Shown in pieces: positions 60,640-64,000 of a stretch of 64,000 bases of DNA (positions within the stretch are counted from its first letter, which is position 1; each line of letters opens with the position of its first letter). This DNA is from Eledone cirrhosa. Taxonomy: Eukaryota. The position numbers and the translations under genes were made by a program. A model generated the notes under the pieces. That model searched no databases, was not told where the DNA came from, and was given only the letters and a program-made list of their open reading frames with translations. The stretch covers positions 13,454,001 through 13,518,000 of the forward strand of contig OZ024745.1 of the NCBI GenBank assembly GCA_964016885.1, read 5' to 3'.

Positions 60640-63600
60640 GGTGGTGTAGTGGTGTGGTGCTGTGGAGGTGTGGTGGTGTGGTGGTGTGGTGGTGTGGAGG
60701 TGTGGTAGTGTGGTGGTGTGGAGGTGTGGTGGTGTGGTGGTGTGGTGGTGTGGAGGTGTGGTGGTGTGGTGGTGTGGTGGTGTGGAGGTGTGGTGGTGTG
60801 GTGGTGTGGTGGTGTGGTGGTGTGGCGTGGTGGTGTGGTGGTGTAGTGTGGTGGTGAGGTGGTCTGGTGGTGTGCTGGTGTGCTGGTGTGGTGGAGTGGT
60901 GGTGTGGTGGTGTGGTGGTGTGGTGGTGTGGTGTGGGGGTGTGGTAGTGTGGGGGGGGGGGGGGTAGTGTGGTGGTCTGGTGGTCTGGTGGTGTGGTGGT
61001 GTGGTGGTGTGGTGGTGTGGTGGTGTGGTGGTGTGGTGTGGTGGTATGGTAGTGTGGTGGTGTGGTGGTGTGGTGGTGTGGTGTGGTGGTGTGGTAGTGT
61101 GGTGGTCTGGTGGTGTGGTGGTGTGGTGGTGTGGTGGTGTGGTGTGGTGGTGTGGTGGTCTGGTGGTGTGGTGGTGTAGTGGTGTGGTGGTGTGGTGGTG
61201 TGGTGGTCTGGTGGTGTGGTGGTGTGGTGGTGTGGTGGTGTGGTGGTGTGGTGGTGTGGCGGTGTGCTGGTGTGGTGGTGTGGTGGTGTGGTGGTGTGGT
61301 GTGGTGGTGTGGTGGTGTGGTGTGGTGGTGTGGTAGTGTCCTGGTGTGGTGGTGTGGTGGTGTGGTGGTGTGGTGGTGTGGTAGTGTGGTGGTGTGGTGG
61401 TGTGGTGGTGTGGTGGTGTGGTGGTGGTGTGGTGTGGTGTGGTGGTATGGTGGTGTGGTGGTGTGGTGGTGTGGTGGTGTGGTGTGGTGGTGTGGTGGTG
61501 TGGTGGTGTGGCGGTGTGCTGGTGTGGTGGTGTGGTGGTGTGGTGGTGTGGTGGTGTGGTGGTGTGGTGTGGTGGTGTGGTAGTGTGGTGGTGTGGTGGC
61601 CTGGTGGTGTGGTGGTGTGGTGGTGTGGTGGTGTGGTAGTGTGGTGGTGTGGTGGTGTGGTGGTGTGGTGGTGTGGTGGTGTGGTGATGTGGTGGTGTGG
61701 TGTGGTGGTGTGGTGGTGTGGTGTGGTGGTGTGGTGGTGTGGTGGTGTGGCGGTGTGCTGGTGTGGTGGTGTGGTGGTGTGGTGGTGTGGTGTGGTGGTG
61801 TGGTAGTGTGGTGGTGTGGTGGTGTGGTGGTGTGGTGGTGTGGTGATGTGGTGTGGTGGTGTGGTAGTGTGGTGGTCTGGTGGTCTGGTGGTGTGGTGGT
61901 GTGGTGGTCTGGTGGTGTGGTGGTGTGTTGGTGTGGTAGTGTGGTGGTGTGGTAGTGTGGTGGTGTGGTGGTGTGGTGGTGTGGTGGTGTGGTGGTGTGG
62001 TGTGGTGGTGTGGTAGTGTGGTGGTGTGATGGTGTGGTGGTGTGGTGGTGTGGTGGTCTGGTGGTGTGGTGGTGTGGTGGTGTTGAGGTGTGGTGGTGTG
62101 GTGTGGTAGTGTGGTGGTGTGGTGGTGTGGTAGTGTGGTGGTGTGGTGGTGTGGTGGTGTGGTGGTGTGGCGGTGTGCTGGTGTGGTGGTGTGGTGGTGT
62201 GGTGGTGTGGTGTGGTGGTGTGGTAGTGTGGTGGTCTGGTGGTGTGGTGGTGTGGTGGTGTAGTGGTGTGGTGGTGTGGTGGTGTGGTGGTCTGGTGGTG
62301 TGGTGGTGTGGTGGTGTGGTGGTGTGGTGGTGTGGTGTTGTGGTGTGGTAGTGTGGTGGTGTGGTGGTGTGGTGGTGCGGTGGTGTGGTGGTGTGGTGTG
62401 GTGTGGTGGTGTGGTGGTGTGGTGGTGTGGTGGTGTGGTGGTGTGGCGGTGTGCTGGTGTAGTGGTGTGGTGGTGTGGTGGTGTGGTGTGGTGGTGTGGC
62501 GGTGTGCTGGTGTAGTGGTGTGGTGGTGTGGTGGTGTGGTGTGGTGGTGTGGTAGTGTGGTGGTCTGGTGGTGTGGTGGTGTGGTGGTGTGGTGGTGTGG
62601 TGGTGTGGTGGTGTGGTGTGGTGGTGTGGTAGTGTGATGGTGTGGTGGTGTGGTGGTGTGGTGGTGTGGTAGTGTGGTGGTGTGGTGGTGTGGTGGTGTG
62701 GTGGTGTGGTGGTGTGGTGGTGTGGAGGTGTGGTAGTGTGGTGGTGTGGTGGTGTGGTGGTGTGGAGGTGTGGTGGTGTGGTGGTGTGGTGGTGTGGTGG
62801 TGTGGTGTGGTGGTGTGGTGGTGTGGTGGTGTGGTGGTGTGGTGTGGTGGTGTGGTAGTGTGGTGGTGTGGTGGTGTGGTGGTGTGGTGGTGTGGTGTGG
62901 TGGTGTAGTAGTGTGGTGGTCTGGTGGTCTGGTGGTGTGGTGGTCTGGTGGTCTGGTGGTGTGGTGGTGTGGTGGTCTGGTAGTGTGGTGGTGTGGTAGT
63001 GTGGTGGTGTGGTGGTGTGGTGGTGTGGTGTGGTGGTGTGGTGGTGTGGTAGTGTGGTGGTGTGGTGGTGTGGTGGTGTGGTGTGGTGGTGTGGTAGTGT
63101 GGTGGTGTGGTGGTGTGGTGGTGTGCTGGTGTGGCGGTGTGCTGGTGTGGTGGTGTGGTGGTATGGTGGTGTGGTGTGGTGGTGTGGTAGTGTGGTGGTC
63201 TGGTGGTGTGGTGGTGTGGTGGTGTAGTGGTGTGGTGGTGTGGTGGTGTGGTAGTGTGGTGGTGTGGTAGTGTGGTGGTGTGGTGGTGTGGTGGTGTGGT
63301 GGTGTGGTGTGGTGGTGTGGTAGTGTGGTGGTGTGGTGGCCTGGTGGTGTGGTGGTGTGGTGGTGTGGTGGTGTGGTAGTGTGGTGGTGTGGTGGTCTGG
63401 TGGTGTGGTGGTGTGGTGGTGTGGTGGTGTGGTGGTGTGGTAGTGTGGTGGTGTGGTGGTGTGGTGGTGTGGTGGTGTGGCGGTGTGCTGGTGTGGTGGT
63501 GTGGTGGTGTGGTGTGGTGGTGTGGTAGTGTGGTGGTTTGGTGGTGTGGTGGTGTGGTGGTGTGGTGGTGTGGTGGTGTGGTGGTGTGGTGGTGTGGTGT

Positions 63601-64000
63601 GGTGGTGTGGTGGTGTGGTGTGGTGGTGTGGTGGTGTGGTGGTGTGGTGGTGTGGTGGTGTGGTGGTGTGGTGGTGTGGTGGTGTGGCGGTGTGGTGGTG
63701 TGGTGGTGTGGTGGTGTGGTGGTGTGGTGTGGTGGTGTGGTAGTGTGGTGGTCTGGTGGTGTGGTGTGGTGGTGTGGTGGTGTGGTGGTGTGGTGGTGTG
63801 GTGGTGTGGTGGTGTGGCGGTGTGGTGGTGTGGTGGTGTGGTGGTGTGGTGGTGTGGTGATGTGGTGGTGTGGTGTGGTGGTGTGGTAGTGTGGTGGTGT
63901 GATGGTGTGGTGGTGTGGTGGTGTGGTGGTGTGGCGGTGTGGTGGTGTGGTGGTGTGGTGGTGTGGTGGTGTGGTGGTGTGGTGGTGTGGTGTGGTGGTG
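60640..64000. repeat. G/T-rich satellite of 8-bp GGTGTGGT with 5-bp GGTGT units; continues past window end
   Basis: Direct inspection. Confidence 0.97.

Noticed and set aside
60654-63889. WWCGGVVV ORFs, or a telomere
   Set aside because: Simple-repeat translation; the unit is not TTAGGG.

Overview
Eukaryotic, repeat-saturated DNA with no recognisable host protein-coding exon. The SINE families suggest an octopus/coleoid cephalopod (inference). The window is bracketed by two G-rich satellites: a 30-bp unit at 1-4745 and (GGTGTGGT)n at 60640-64000. Between them are three near-full L1/Tx1-clade LINEs (one with an intact 1139-aa ORF2), three R4/Dong-like RLE non-LTR elements, two Penelope-like elements with GIY-YIG endonuclease, RTE, CRE and CR1-like fragments, two tandem non-autonomous Helitrons, a mariner-type MITE and many SINEs. 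Most retroelements sit in microsatellites ((TA)n, (TTA)n, (TCTG)n). Two signals stand out. (1) A set of sequence-distinct hammerhead-ribozyme-bearing fold-back elements in (TA)n tracts shares one architecture at very different scales, with inversion points at the ribozyme core. (2) A 134-bp TATA-plus-hairpin element is 132/134 identical between two otherwise diverged, inverted paralogous host loci 33 kb apart, making it a candidate small RNA or first exon. All alignments and foldings were done by eye, and boundaries are approximate unless stated.
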